Source: Candidatus Multivoradales bacterium (GTDB taxonomy: Bacteria; Acidobacteriota; Thermoanaerobaculia; Multivoradales; Multivoraceae). Taken from it: a DNA stretch of 64,000 bases. Shown piece by piece: positions 28,238 through 39,426 of the stretch (its first letter is position 1; each line of letters opens with the position of its first letter). The notes under the pieces are model-generated. The model did no database searches and was not told the origin of the DNA. It saw nothing but the letters and a program-made list of their open reading frames with translations. The DNA lies in assembly GCA_965223325.1 (NCBI GenBank), contig CBDCWI010000001.1, forward strand, positions 1,696,001 to 1,760,000. Direction: 5' to 3'. A program made the translations under genes and the position numbers.

Positions 28238-31145
28238 TCAGAAACGGATCTCGGCTCCGAAACGTGCCTGCCAGAGCGAACGGTTCTCGAGCAGGTCCGT
28301 CAAGCCCCGGTCCGTGAAGCTCTCATAGACGAACTGGCCGTCGTCGTTGACCGACGAGCGAACGACTTGCGGCGTGAAGAAGAAGGCGTCGTACACCTTG
28401 CCGTAGTCGTCGTCAATGAAGTTGCCCACGTTGTAGAGCCGCACGAAGAATCGCCCGTTCAACTTGCTGAAGCCCACCGGGAAGTCCTGGTAGACGCCGA
28501 GGTCGAAGCGGTTGCTCCAACGGGCATGCTGACCGTTGCGCTCGGTGAAGCCCGGCGAGAGACCCTCGCGCGAAACCCAGTCGAAGAAGTCGTTGGTCGC
28601 GAACCCGTCCGCGAAGACTACGTTCGGATCGTCGACGCCCGTCGGCACGTTGAGGAGGTGACGACCGAAGAAGCCGTCGCCCTCTAGATCACCCGACCCC
28701 ATCGCGAAGCTCTGCGGTTGACCTTCCTGGAGGTAGGCGAACACCGTGAAGCGAGTCTCGAAACCCTCGATGAAGTCCCGACCGATGCTGGCCCGCAGGC
28801 TGAAGCGGTTGGGCACCTCATAGTTCGAGGTTGCCGGGCGCGGGTTGTTGATGTCGAGAGTCGCCAGGTTGTCGAAGTTCGACCCGGCGACCGAGGAGGT
28901 CATCGGGCTGATGTCTTCCGAATCCGTGTAGGCGTAGCCGAGGGAGGCGTCCAGGCCCCAGTCCCAGCGCTTGGTCAACAGAACCGAGAGCACGTCGGAC
29001 GACGCGTCGAAGCTCGAGTTGGTCAGCATGAAGTTATCCCGACCGTTGACGTAGTCGTAGATGGGCGTTCCAGCCCGGGTGGTGCCCACGATCTCCTGCG
29101 ACAGGTCGACGTAGTAGGCCGAGTCGACCAGCTCGGTGTGCATGTAGTCGAAGTCCACCTGGTACCCGCTATCGAAGCGATAGGTGAGACCGGTGGAGTA
29201 CTTCCACTCCGAGGGCTGCTCATAGTTCGGGTCGATGAGAACCAGGAAGCTGGTGCTGGCACTGTCGGGCGGTGGTGTTACCGACCGTGTCGAACAGGCT
29301 CTGGGGAATGTCGTATCCGGGCCGGCTGCCGGTCAACGGAATCGAACCATCGAGTACCGAGCCGGTCGCACCGAAGTTGTTCAGACGGACCTGAACGTTG
29401 GTGAGGCCATCGTTACTCCACGCGTTCGAGATCCACACGTTGGGGTTACCGCCGGAGTACCGACCGACGCTACCGCGTACCGAGAGGCTGGGCCGCGGGT
29501 TCCAGGTCAGACCGAGTCGAGGCATGAGCAGATCGACACCGTCGATGTTGGCGTCGTTGCGAAGGCCACCGTTGGCATCGGTGAACGCCTGGTTGAAGTT
29601 CGGGCGATCGCTACTGTCGAAGAACTCGTAACGCAGACCGGCCACCAACGTCACGTCGACGTTGTCGAAGAAGACTTCGTCCTGGATGTAGATGGAGTTC
29701 AGCGTGTTGGCGAAGTTCGCCGCCGCGTCATCAGGGTTGTTCGTTCCACCACCGCTACCGTAGTAGATGCGGCTCGGACGCCCCAGCTCGTAGCGATCGA
29801 TACCCGACAGCCCGCAGGCGGGGTTGTCGAGTCGACCCTGCGCTGTCAGGCCAGCACAGAAGGCAGGGTTCCCCGTCGAGTCATCGAAGAAGTCGTACTC
29901 GCCACCGCGGGAGTGCTGCACGAACTGGTTGAAGATGGTGGTCTCCTTGGACTCGTAGCCAGCGGTGATGACGTTGTTGCCCAGCAGGAACTGGCCCGAG
30001 AGCTTGGCGTAGTCGGTCTCGGTGTTGAGCCGGTTGGCCTGGCGGGAGTCGTCGGCACCGAGATAGACGGTGTTGAATCCAACGCTGATCTGGAAGTCGG
30101 CAAAGTCCGGCGGACCCACCGTGACCTGCGAGTCATCCATCGTGTTGGCACTGAGGAAGAACTCGGTCGAGAAGTTGTTGGTCCACTGTGAGGTGATCTT
30201 CCCGGTGACCGTCTCGGATTCGGCACCCTTCACATAGAAGTGGTTGGCGAACTCGAACTCGTCCGGATCACCGTCGGAATCGCGATCCTGGAAGCCGTCG
30301 TAGTAGTTGTAGATCAACGCGGCGTTGTGCTTGGAATTGATGTTCCAATCCAGCCGGCCCATTGGCTTGTCCTCTTCCTGACCACCGTCACCCGGCTGCC
30401 CGCCGGGGTCGTAGGCGTAGACATCGTTGGCAACCGAAACGATGCGGTCGTAGTCAGTCTGCGAGAGCCAATCACGCTCCACTCCGATTCCCGAACCGTC
30501 GAAGCCTCGTGCGAGGAAACGCGGCGAGTCGGTGTTCTCGAAAGCCGAGAAGAAGTGCAGCCGATCCTCCACCAGGCGCCCACCGAGGGTGAACCCGGCC
30601 TTGCGCGAGTTGAACGGTGGCGTTCCGAAGTCACGCGAGTCGCCACCGAGCGAGTCACCGCGCATGTCGTCGTCAGTGTGCTCGTAGAACGCGTTGCCGT
30701 GGAACTCGTTCGAGCCCGACTTGGTGACTGCGTTGATGGTGCAGGCTGAGAAGCCGCCGTAGGTCACGTCGGCAGGAGCGAGCTCGACCGCGAGCTGGGC
30801 GATCGCATCGTAGGGGAAGGGCATGCCGACCGCGGTCGAGTAGCCATTGGAGTTGAGGCCGAACTCGTCGTTGGCGCCAACACCGTCCAGGGTGACGCTG
30901 TTGAACCGGGGATGTTTACCGGCGCAGTTGACCTCGAAGCCGTCGTCCTCGTTGTCGATGTTGACCCGGGGATCGATGCCGTAGACATCGGTGATGTCGC
31001 GGTTGAAGGCGACAGACGTCTCCATCTTGAAGCTGTCGAAGGTGGCCGCGGGACCGGTCGCCACTTCGACGAAATCGCGCGATGCCACGACCGTCACCGC
31101 CTCCGTGAGGGTCGTGTCACGGGTGATGGCCAGGTTGTAGATGTC
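28238..31145 (-). pseudogene. TonB-dependent receptor (Oar-like), frameshifted and 5'-truncated
   Basis: Plug/barrel motifs (NSVTLDG, INAVTKSGSN, YIQDE, PRLG) and C-terminal F. One extra base at about 29267-29269 splits NTTA|DSASTSFLVLIDP. Signal peptide and N-domain are replaced by the transposase element. Confidence 0.85.
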
Positions 31146-32553
31146 GCGCGGCGATGCCGCGCCCAGTCGGGGGTAAGTTTTGAGCCGAAGTCGTGGTGCA
31201 GAGCCAGGCCTCGCCACCGACCTGACGTGTAGCCCGATTCACAAATGACAGTTGGTCGATGGCGAGGGTCATCCGCTAAGATGAGGCTCCCTGCTAGGCA
31301 TCGATGGCTCCGTGCGAAGAGTCATGGCCCATCAACTGAGGTATGTCCCCACCGACGGAAGCGGTTGGGGAGTCGTCGAAGTGACGGTGCGCATCGTCAA
31401 TGGGTTCTTCCTGTTGGCGCCATCGTCCCACCTACGCGAACTGCTCATCGGGATCATCGGCCGCGCGCAGCGAAAGACCGAAATTCGGATCCACGCCCTG
31501 GACTACCAGGTCAATCACGCTCATCTATTGCTGAGCGCTCGCGACGCCCAGCAGCTGGCGGATTTCATGCGGCGTATTCAGCACCAGACGAGTGTGGAAC
31601 TGCGGATCCTGCGAGGGTGGAAGGGGCCGAAGTGGGAAGGACCGTACAAAACGTCGTTCCCCGGTCACGCAAAGAAGGACCTCTGCCGTCGTTTCCGCTA
31701 CATCCTTGCCCAGGGCTGCAAGGCGGGGTTGGTGTCCTCTCCTCGGAAGTGGCCAGGAGTGTCGGTGGCGGAGGCGCTCTGGTCAGGGACCTTCGAGCTC
31801 GAGGGCACCTGGGTCGACCGTTCGGCCCTTCGTCGTGCCCGTTTCTCGAAGGCGGGGCGTCGCTTGAGCGAGAAGGACTTCTCGAGCCGCGAGACGGTCG
31901 TTTTGTCGAAGCTTCCGTGCTTCGAGGACCTCCCTGACGAGGCATACTTCGACTGGTCCCGCGGCATGATTGTAGAGATCGAGGACGAGACCCGGGCGCG
32001 CCACAAACGAGAGGGGACTAGGCCTCGCGGCGCCTACAAGACGATGCAGGTGAGTCCGATGCGCCGTCCGAGGAACCTCGATTGGGGGCCGAGGCCTCGG
32101 GTCATCGCGTCGGACTCGTACGAACGCAATCGCCTGCTTTCGGTTTTCGATGCGGTGAGGCGGGCGCATCGCGCGGCACGGGATCTTCTGTGGAGTGGTG
32201 ATCTGGAGGCGAGCTTTCCGCCGGGTACGTTCCCAAGCCCGCTGCCGTTTGTGGCCTTGGAAGGGCCCGGGCCGGGTGCACGCGACGGTCCCTGAAGGCC
32301 CAGGCCGCCAACAAAGAGGTGGTTGACGGGGTTGGGGGAGACGCACCGGCAGGTGTGGTGGCGGAGCTGCGCCTGTCGGGCGGAATGTCGAGGGCCATGA
32401 GCGGCGAAGGCGAGGGTTCGGCCCTTGGGATGCCGCATCGAGGTAGTGGAGGAGGGCCGACGGAGTGCTCCGGAAACGCTGTGCGCCGCCCAGTACGGCC
32501 CCGCCGTCAGAACTTACCCCCTACCCTGCTGCGCCTGCTGCGGCATCGACGTG
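31146..32553 (+). mobile_element. RAYT-like HUH (Y1) element with inverted hairpin plus GGGGGTAAGTTYTGA ends
   Basis: Left GGGGGTAAGTTTTGA (31169-31183) and right TCAGAACTTACCCCC (32507-32521) are inverted, each with an outer GCGGC-ATC/GAT hairpin motif. Confidence 0.75.
31324..32295 (+). CDS. HUH Y1 tyrosine transposase (REP-associated/IS200-like)
   Basis: HUH motif NHAHLL; catalytic Tyr region FRYILAQGCKAGLVSSPRKWPGVS; C-terminal FPPGTF. Confidence 0.85.
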   Translation: MAHQLRYVPTDGSGWGVVEVTVRIVNGFFLLAPSSHLRELLIGIIGRAQRKTEIRIHALDYQVNHAHLLLSARDAQQLADFMRRIQHQTSVELRILRGWKGPKWEGPYKTSFPGHAKKDLCRRFRYILAQGCKAGLVSSPRKWPGVSVAEALWSGTFELEGTWVDRSALRRARFSKAGRRLSEKDFSSRETVVLSKLPCFEDLPDEAYFDWSRGMIVEIEDETRARHKREGTRPRGAYKTMQVSPMRRPRNLDWGPRPRVIASDSYERNRLLSVFDAVRRAHRAARDLLWSGDLEASFPPGTFPSPLPFVALEGPGPGARDGP

Positions 32554-33134
32554 ACCCCGAGCCTGGCTCAGAGTTCAAAGTGACTCGCGCCGCGTCTTTC
32601 TCGATCGAGTCCTCGAACTGATGGAGCACCTCCATAACCGAGGCGGCAGCGGTGCTCGATGAGTCCTGCGAGCCCTGACAACCTCCTTTCCCCGACGATT
32701 TCAGTCGGACGTCGCACCCAACGACCGGCGCAGTCACGAGGAATCTTCGATCGCTCTGCACGGTCGCTTGCGGCGCCCGCCATTTCCCACAAGTCGAAAC
32801 TTTGCAAGCGCGTCTCACGTGCGGCGCTCGATCGATCCGGCTGAAACCCGTCGCCTCTCCGCCAACCTTCTGAGAACACGGGACTTCTCAGAACTGTTCG
32901 CACGACTCCGAACCAGAGCCCGACCTGGACCTCATCCCTTCTTGAAACAGGGGTTGTTCCGGGCCGTCAGAATCTTTACAGTGCCAACCAAGAAACCTTC
33001 ACAGTCTGAGTCAAGACTCACGATCCAATCCCGCCAACCGGACCCTTGGTTGGCGTACTCAGAAAGTCATTTCACGCTCGACCTGGAGCCAGCGGAACGC
33101 TCTGCTGGCGCGCGAGCCTCAAAGAGGAAGAACA

Positions 33135-36122
33135 ATGATGAGTCGAACCCGAAACACTCTCGCGGTCGTCGCGTGCGTGCTTTTTGTCGCCTGCCTCACG
33201 ACCGGAGCGGCATCGGCACAGATTCTCGGCACCATCAACGGTTACATCAGCGCCAGTAACGGTGATGCGCTCCCGGGCGTCACCGTCACGGTCACCAATC
33301 AGGACACCGGCGTCGCTCGCTCGGCCATCACTGGGGCCGACGGCTTCTACATCGTGCGCTCGCTGCCTTCCGGCACCTATTCGGTGACCGGCGCGCTCGA
33401 AGGCATGCAGACGACCCGCCAGGAGGACGTTCTTCTCCTCGTCGGCCAGCAGATCGGCATCGACCTCACGATGGGTGTTGCCACCCAGGAAGAGGTCATC
33501 ACGGTCACCGCCGATACGCCGCTGATCGAGGTCAGCCGGTCTTCTGCCGCCTCCTACATCCGCGAAGAAGAGATCGAGAACATTCCGGTTGCCGGCCGCG
33601 ACTTCAAGCAGTTCGCCCTGCTCGCGCCCACCGTCAACGACGATCCACAGCGCGGCTTCATCTCGATGAGCGGCCAGCGTGGCATTTACTCGGGTCTGCG
33701 CATCGATGGCACCTCGGGCAAGAACGCCTTCTTCGGCTACGGCAATGGCGGCGAGGCCACTGAGAACGACGGTCTGGTCATCGGCCAGGAGTCGGTCAAG
33801 GAGTTCCAGGTCATCACCAACGGTTTCAACCCCGAGTACGGTCTCGATGGCGGCGGTTTCGTCAACGTCGTCACGCGCTCGGGCTCGAACGAGATCAAGG
33901 GCTCAGCTTTTGCGTTCTACACCGACGACTCACTGTCGTCAGACATCCCGGCGAGTGACCTCGACCGGTTCCGCGACCCGAACGCCCGAGACTTCGAGCC
34001 GTCCGAGTTCGAGCGCAAGAACTGGGGCGCCACCATCGGTGGGCCGATCAAACGGGATCGAGTGCACTACTTCTTCTCCTACGACCAGACCGATCGCACG
34101 AACCCGTTCATCGATCGCCTCCGCACTCGCGGCGCCTACGACGCGGTCCTCCAACGCGCCCAGGACAACCCGGCATTCGCGGACCTGGTCGCTGACTACA
34201 CCCCCAACGACGATGGCATCGCCGCTCCGGACCCGATCAACGGTCGCACCGCCAGTGGCGTCTTCAACCGCAACGTCGACAACATCATCCTGCTCGGCAA
34301 GGTCGACTTCGCACCAAACGCCCAGAACAACGTTTCGTTGCGCTACAACTACACAGACTACGAGCGCACTTCGACCTTCCGGGACGAGGAGTCACTGAAG
34401 CAGGAAGAGGTCAACACGATCGTCGGCTCCTGGGTCTACGTACCCAACGACCAGAGCGTCGTCGACTCGCGCTTGCAGTACGCGACCGACGACCTCAACC
34501 GCGGCAACCTGCGCGTTGGTACACCGATCGAGGCGTTGATTCGCTTCCGCGGTCGCGACGGATCGAGCAGCGATCAGGTTGGCAAGTTCGACTTCCTGCC
34601 GATCGTTGCCAACACCGAGGCGATCGAATTCCGCAGCAGCTACTCGTACCTGTTCGGGGAACATGATCTGAAGTTCGGTATCGACTACGCCTCCGACAAC
34701 ATGCAGCAGATCTTTGCGGGCTCGAAGGATGGTCGCTACGACTTCAACACCATCGAGGACTTCCTCAACAACAACGCCAGTCAGGTGCGCATCTACTTCG
34801 GCAACGTCCAGTTCCCGAACTACGACGAGACCCAGGAAGTCTCGGCGCTGTTCGCCCAGGACAGCTGGCGCCCGAACGACAACCTGACCATCAACTACGG
34901 CCTGCGCTACGAACGGACCGACAATCCCGACAACATCCCGCACGTCCTTCCCGAGGGTCGCGACATTCCGGACGATGACCACATCGCCCCTCGTCTCGGC
35001 TTCGTGTGGCAGATCAGCCCTGAGCGCGGTGACGTTCTGCGCGGTGGCTTCGGCGTGTTCTACGGTCGTACGCCCACCCTCCTGTTCGCCAGCCAGGTCC
35101 AGGAGAACGGCATCTACCCGAACTACGGCCGCATCACGGTGCGCCCCGGCCAGACCGGTTTCGTGCCGCTGGGCACCCCGATCGACAACGAGAACCCGCC
35201 GGTCTCGACGATCCCGTCGACCTCGTTCCTCGATCCAGCGTTCAAGGATGCCAAGAACACGCGCATCAACCTCGGCTACGAGATCCCCATCGGTCGCAAC
35301 TGGTCAGCCGGCGCCGACCTGCTCTACGCCGAGGGCAAGAACAACCAGCGTAACTTCAACGACAACCTGCAGATCGAGAGCTTCGACGCGTTCGGCCGTC
35401 CGCAATACTCGCGTGATCTGCCGAACCCGAACTTCAACACGATCTTCGTGCGTCGTTCGATTGGTGAGTCCGAGTACCGGGCAGCCACGCTGAAGGTCAC
35501 GCGCCGTTACACCGGTCGCTACACCTTCCAGGCGCACTACACCAACGCCAGCGACGAAGACGACGACTCGAACGAGAGAAACGCCACAGACGTCACGGTG
35601 TCGAACCTGCTCGACCCGAGCTACGACTACGGTACGTCGTATCGCGAGGTCGAGCATCGCTTCGTCGCCTTCGGTGTCGTTGACCTGCCGGCGGGTTTCC
35701 GGATCGGCGGAACATTCAAGTTCCAGTCGGGCTCGCCCTACACGGCGATCGACGCCAACCAGTTCGGTGCTGGCTGCCCGACCACGGTGTGCCCCGCACC
35801 CCGTGCAGTCATTAACGGGCAACTGGTGGGCCGCAACACCTTCCAGAACGACGACTGGACGCAGTTCGACCTGCGTCTGGGGTGGAACGGAGATCTCGGC
35901 AACGCAGGTTCGATCGAGATCTTCGCCGAAGCGTTCAACCTGTTCGACGAGAAGTCCTTCGCGGTCAACTCGCCGTTCAACCAGACGCTGAGTCCCTTCA
36001 ACACCACGTCGCAGCAGGAGCCCCTGCTCAGCAATGGCAACCCGAACCCCGAGTTCGGAATCGGTGACAACCGGGTGCTGCAACCACGCCGCATCCAGTT
36101 CGGAGCTCGCTACCGTTTCTAG
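33135..36122 (+). CDS. TonB-dependent receptor with a carboxypeptidase-regulatory N-domain (Oar-like)
   Basis: Signal peptide, LPGVTVTVTN, NVVTRSGSN, FAQDSW, APRLGF, PRRIQFGARYRF. Confidence 0.93.
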   Translation: MMSRTRNTLAVVACVLFVACLTTGAASAQILGTINGYISASNGDALPGVTVTVTNQDTGVARSAITGADGFYIVRSLPSGTYSVTGALEGMQTTRQEDVLLLVGQQIGIDLTMGVATQEEVITVTADTPLIEVSRSSAASYIREEEIENIPVAGRDFKQFALLAPTVNDDPQRGFISMSGQRGIYSGLRIDGTSGKNAFFGYGNGGEATENDGLVIGQESVKEFQVITNGFNPEYGLDGGGFVNVVTRSGSNEIKGSAFAFYTDDSLSSDIPASDLDRFRDPNARDFEPSEFERKNWGATIGGPIKRDRVHYFFSYDQTDRTNPFIDRLRTRGAYDAVLQRAQDNPAFADLVADYTPNDDGIAAPDPINGRTASGVFNRNVDNIILLGKVDFAPNAQNNVSLRYNYTDYERTSTFRDEESLKQEEVNTIVGSWVYVPNDQSVVDSRLQYATDDLNRGNLRVGTPIEALIRFRGRDGSSSDQVGKFDFLPIVANTEAIEFRSSYSYLFGEHDLKFGIDYASDNMQQIFAGSKDGRYDFNTIEDFLNNNASQVRIYFGNVQFPNYDETQEVSALFAQDSWRPNDNLTINYGLRYERTDNPDNIPHVLPEGRDIPDDDHIAPRLGFVWQISPERGDVLRGGFGVFYGRTPTLLFASQVQENGIYPNYGRITVRPGQTGFVPLGTPIDNENPPVSTIPSTSFLDPAFKDAKNTRINLGYEIPIGRNWSAGADLLYAEGKNNQRNFNDNLQIESFDAFGRPQYSRDLPNPNFNTIFVRRSIGESEYRAATLKVTRRYTGRYTFQAHYTNASDEDDDSNERNATDVTVSNLLDPSYDYGTSYREVEHRFVAFGVVDLPAGFRIGGTFKFQSGSPYTAIDANQFGAGCPTTVCPAPRAVINGQLVGRNTFQNDDWTQFDLRLGWNGDLGNAGSIEIFAEAFNLFDEKSFAVNSPFNQTLSPFNTTSQQEPLLSNGNPNPEFGIGDNRVLQPRRIQFGARYRF

Positions 36123-36157
36123 GCATGACCTGAAAACGTTAGATCGCTGACGAAGGG

Positions 36158-36197
36158 AAAGGAGGGAGCCACTTGTTTGTGCGCTCCCTCCTTTTTT
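36158..36197 (+). terminator. terminator-like hairpin overlapping the next gene's RBS and start
   Basis: AAAGGAGGGAGC...GCTCCCTCCTTTTTT. Confidence 0.7.
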
Positions 36198-37954
36198 GGT
36201 GCCTGGTCGCAAGCGGCCAGTGGGGTCTCGCGGACCCGGCCGCCGCGCAAAGAGAGCCGGTTGACGTGTCAGCGCGGTGGAGCGAACGCACAGCCGAGCT
36301 CGGCATTGCGTTTCGCCACCGGCACTTCGGAAGCGGCGAGAAGTACATGCCCGAGAACATGGCACCGGGTGTCGCGGTTTTCGACGCCAACGGCGACGGT
36401 CGACTCGACCTCTTCTTCCCCCAGGGCGCTCCTCTCGAGACCAACTCCGCGACGGGGCCGGTGCCGGTCAGCGCAGACTCCGGTTTGGCGATCACCGACC
36501 ACTATTACGAGCAACACGAAAACGGAAGCTTCGTGAACAAAACAGGGATCGCCGGACTGGCACGCTCGGCCTACGGCATGGGCGCCTACACAGGTGACAT
36601 CAACGGCGATGGCTGGCTCGACCTCTACGTCACTCGCTTCGGCCCCAACGATCTCTACGTCAATCGCGGCGATGGAACGTTCGAACACCAGAGCGGCGAA
36701 CGTTCGGCTGCCAACGAGGCCTGGAGTACCGGCGCCGGATTCTTCGACCCAGACGCCGATGGCGACCTCGATCTCCTGGTCGTCAACTACGTCGACTTCG
36801 CTTTCGATCGCCATCGCTTCTGCGGCGACGCGCGGCGCCAGCTGCGCTCTTACTGTCATCCCGACGTCTACTCCGGCCTCGCCGACACCTTCTATTTGAA
36901 CGATGGCCGCGGCCACTTCACACACTCTCCTGGCGTTGGGCTCGCCTCGCCATCCAAGGAGAAGGGCCTGGGCGTCATCTTTTCGGACTTCGACGGTGAT
37001 GGAAGGCCGGATGCCTACATCGCCAACGACTCGACGATGAATCGGCTTTATGTGAGCCGCATGGCGCCCGACGGCAGCCTGCGCTTCGAAGAAGGCGCGC
37101 TTCTCGCTGGCGTTGCGGTCAACGGGAGTGGCAAGGCGGAGGCGAGCATGGGGCTGGCAGCCGGTGATGTCGACGGTGACGGCCATCTCGACCTCTTCGC
37201 CACCCATCTCGACCAGGAGACCAACACGCTCTATCGCAACCTGGGCAACGGGAGCTGGACCGACGTCACCGAACGTTCGGGCTTGGCGTCGCCGAGCCTT
37301 CCATGGGTCGGTTTCGGCACCGTGCTCTTCGACCAGGACAACGACGGTGACCTCGACTTGTTCGTGACCAACGGCCACATCATCGACAACATCAGCGAAC
37401 TCGATGATAGCCGCCAGCATGCGCAGCCTACGCAGCTCTTCGACAACCAGGGCAATGGAAAGTTCCACGACATTTCGGCCTCACTTGGTCTGAGCCGCCC
37501 GCTCGTCGGTCGTGGCGCCGTGGGTGCGGACCTCGATCGTGACGGTGACCTCGACCTGGTGATCACCCAGAACGACGGTCCCGCGATCGTGCTTTCGAAC
37601 GACCTCTCGGGCAGCTCGCAGTCGCTCGAGGTCCGGCTCATCGGTAGAGAAAGCAACCGCTTCGGGCTCGGGGCACGGCTGGAGCTGGTTGGACAGGACG
37701 GTAAGAAGCAGGTGCGCGACCTGCAGAGCTCATCGAGCTACCTCTCGCAGGGCCCACCCGAAGTGCACTTCGGCCTCGGCAGCGCAGGAAGGATCGCCCA
37801 GCTGACCGTCGAGTGGCCGTCGGGGCAGATCGACCGCTACCAGAACCTGGAAGCGGGGTACCTCTACACGCTGGTCGAAGGGGAAACTGCCTCGGGAGCC
37901 GCCGAAGCTTCCTCACCACCCGCCATCGAAAGAACGGCCTTCAACCGTCGCTGA
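36173..37954 (+). CDS. CRTAC1/ASPIC-UnbV family protein (FG-GAP/VCBS repeats)
   Basis: Multiple DxxxDGxxD repeats; ASPIC C-terminus SYLSQ...VHFGLG...VEWPSG. Confidence 0.9.
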   Translation: MFVRSLLFWCLVASGQWGLADPAAAQREPVDVSARWSERTAELGIAFRHRHFGSGEKYMPENMAPGVAVFDANGDGRLDLFFPQGAPLETNSATGPVPVSADSGLAITDHYYEQHENGSFVNKTGIAGLARSAYGMGAYTGDINGDGWLDLYVTRFGPNDLYVNRGDGTFEHQSGERSAANEAWSTGAGFFDPDADGDLDLLVVNYVDFAFDRHRFCGDARRQLRSYCHPDVYSGLADTFYLNDGRGHFTHSPGVGLASPSKEKGLGVIFSDFDGDGRPDAYIANDSTMNRLYVSRMAPDGSLRFEEGALLAGVAVNGSGKAEASMGLAAGDVDGDGHLDLFATHLDQETNTLYRNLGNGSWTDVTERSGLASPSLPWVGFGTVLFDQDNDGDLDLFVTNGHIIDNISELDDSRQHAQPTQLFDNQGNGKFHDISASLGLSRPLVGRGAVGADLDRDGDLDLVITQNDGPAIVLSNDLSGSSQSLEVRLIGRESNRFGLGARLELVGQDGKKQVRDLQSSSSYLSQGPPEVHFGLGSAGRIAQLTVEWPSGQIDRYQNLEAGYLYTLVEGETASGAAEASSPPAIERTAFNRR

Positions 37955-39392
37955 ACTTCCGGTACGCCTCGAGTTGCACGGCGCTCTCGGCGTCACGGCC
38001 GAGACTCGCCAGCGCCTCGGCCCAGGCAAGCCGAAGTTCCGGGTTGTCGGCGTCGAGCTCCAGTGCGCGCTCGAAGTACGGAATTGCCTCTTGCGCGCGG
38101 CCCGACTTGAGCAACGCGACACCGAGCATCTGATGAGCCAGAGCCTCTCGATCGTCGATCGCGAGGGCGCGCCGCAACGCCTTCTCGGCGGCCGGCAGCT
38201 CTTCGAGGGTCAGCCTGAAGACCCCTTCCAGGTAGTGCGGTTCGAGAAGGCCGGGCGCCAAACGCGCCGCGCTGGCCATCGCTAGCGCGGCCTCCGAGCG
38301 CTTGCCCATCGAAAACAGGACTTTGCCCTTGAGAATGAGGGCGCGAAACTCGTCGGGCCGTTCGTTCAAAAGCTGGTCGAGCACCCCTATCGCCTCGTCG
38401 AGCCGGTTCTGACTGGCAGCCTGCTGCGCCTCGTTGAGGGTGGTCCCGATCCGCTTGTCGTCCCAGTCCGCCGCGTCGGTCCCGGCGCTCAAAGCCTGAA
38501 AACGCTCGAGCGCCTTCGCCGCACGGTCTTGATCTCCAGCCCGGCCGAGGGCTGTCCCGAGCCGGTAGTGCGCCTCCGCCGATTCAGGTTCGAGCGCCAC
38601 CGCCTGCTCGAGGGTCTCGACTGCTTCATCGACCTGGCCCGCTTCGAGCTGCAGGCTACCTAGTTCGAGAGCGATCCGCCCATCTCGAACCCCCTCTGCC
38701 CTACCCGCTTCAAAGGCCCGTCGCAACCAGGGAAGAGCCTCGGCGCGCCGCGCGGGAACGGATGCGAGCGCCAGGCCCCAAGGGAGAGCGAGATGGTCAG
38801 GCGCGACCTCGACATGCGGCGCCAGACGCTCGGCGGCCTCTTCGGCACGCCCTTCAGAGACCAGGAGCAGCGCAAGCTCACGGAGCAGCAAGGTGGCGTC
38901 GACGCCTTCGGCGGCGGATAGGAGCTCGATCGCTTCCGCGTGCCTTCCCATATCGCGCAACAGGAGGGCCGGGAGAATCCAGCCCTCGTGATTCTCGGGG
39001 GCGAGGCGACGCAGGCGCTCGAACGACTGCAGGGCCTGGTCGACCGCACCAATTCGCGACAGTAGGCGGCCGATCGCAAGCACCGCGAGCGGCGACTCCG
39101 AATCCAGGGCCTGGGCCCGACGAGCGGCCTCGAGGGCTTCGAAGTGATCTCCGCGGCGCTCTCGCGCATGCGCCAGTGCCAGCCAGGCGCGCTGGTCTCC
39201 GGCCGCCGCCTCTGTCGCTTGCGTGAAGATCTCGAGGGCGGCAACCACATCTCCGTTCTCGAGGAGTCGTCCGCCGCGCGTGAGAAGCGCATCCACGTCG
39301 ATTCGGCTCTCGGGGCTCGAAACCCTGTCCTGAGCGACCGCCGGTTGCAGCAGAAGAACGAACAGGGTGAAGTATCCAAGACAAAAGCGCAT
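37941..39392 (-). CDS. secreted tetratricopeptide repeat protein
   Basis: Signal peptide; repeated TPR units (AHYRLGTAL, AHQMLGVAL, ALELDADN). Confidence 0.85.
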   Translation of the reverse strand: MRFCLGYFTLFVLLLQPAVAQDRVSSPESRIDVDALLTRGGRLLENGDVVAALEIFTQATEAAAGDQRAWLALAHARERRGDHFEALEAARRAQALDSESPLAVLAIGRLLSRIGAVDQALQSFERLRRLAPENHEGWILPALLLRDMGRHAEAIELLSAAEGVDATLLLRELALLLVSEGRAEEAAERLAPHVEVAPDHLALPWGLALASVPARRAEALPWLRRAFEAGRAEGVRDGRIALELGSLQLEAGQVDEAVETLEQAVALEPESAEAHYRLGTALGRAGDQDRAAKALERFQALSAGTDAADWDDKRIGTTLNEAQQAASQNRLDEAIGVLDQLLNERPDEFRALILKGKVLFSMGKRSEAALAMASAARLAPGLLEPHYLEGVFRLTLEELPAAEKALRRALAIDDREALAHQMLGVALLKSGRAQEAIPYFERALELDADNPELRLAWAEALASLGRDAESAVQLEAYRKFSDG

Positions 39393-39426
39393 CACACCAG
39401 TTTATGGCAGCCGGTATGGTTCGCAG

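Noticed and set aside
32507-32900. Missing N-terminus of the broken TonB receptor on the far side of the element
   Set aside because: Minus-strand translations show no signal peptide or carboxypeptidase-regulatory domain, so this is not a clean insertion.
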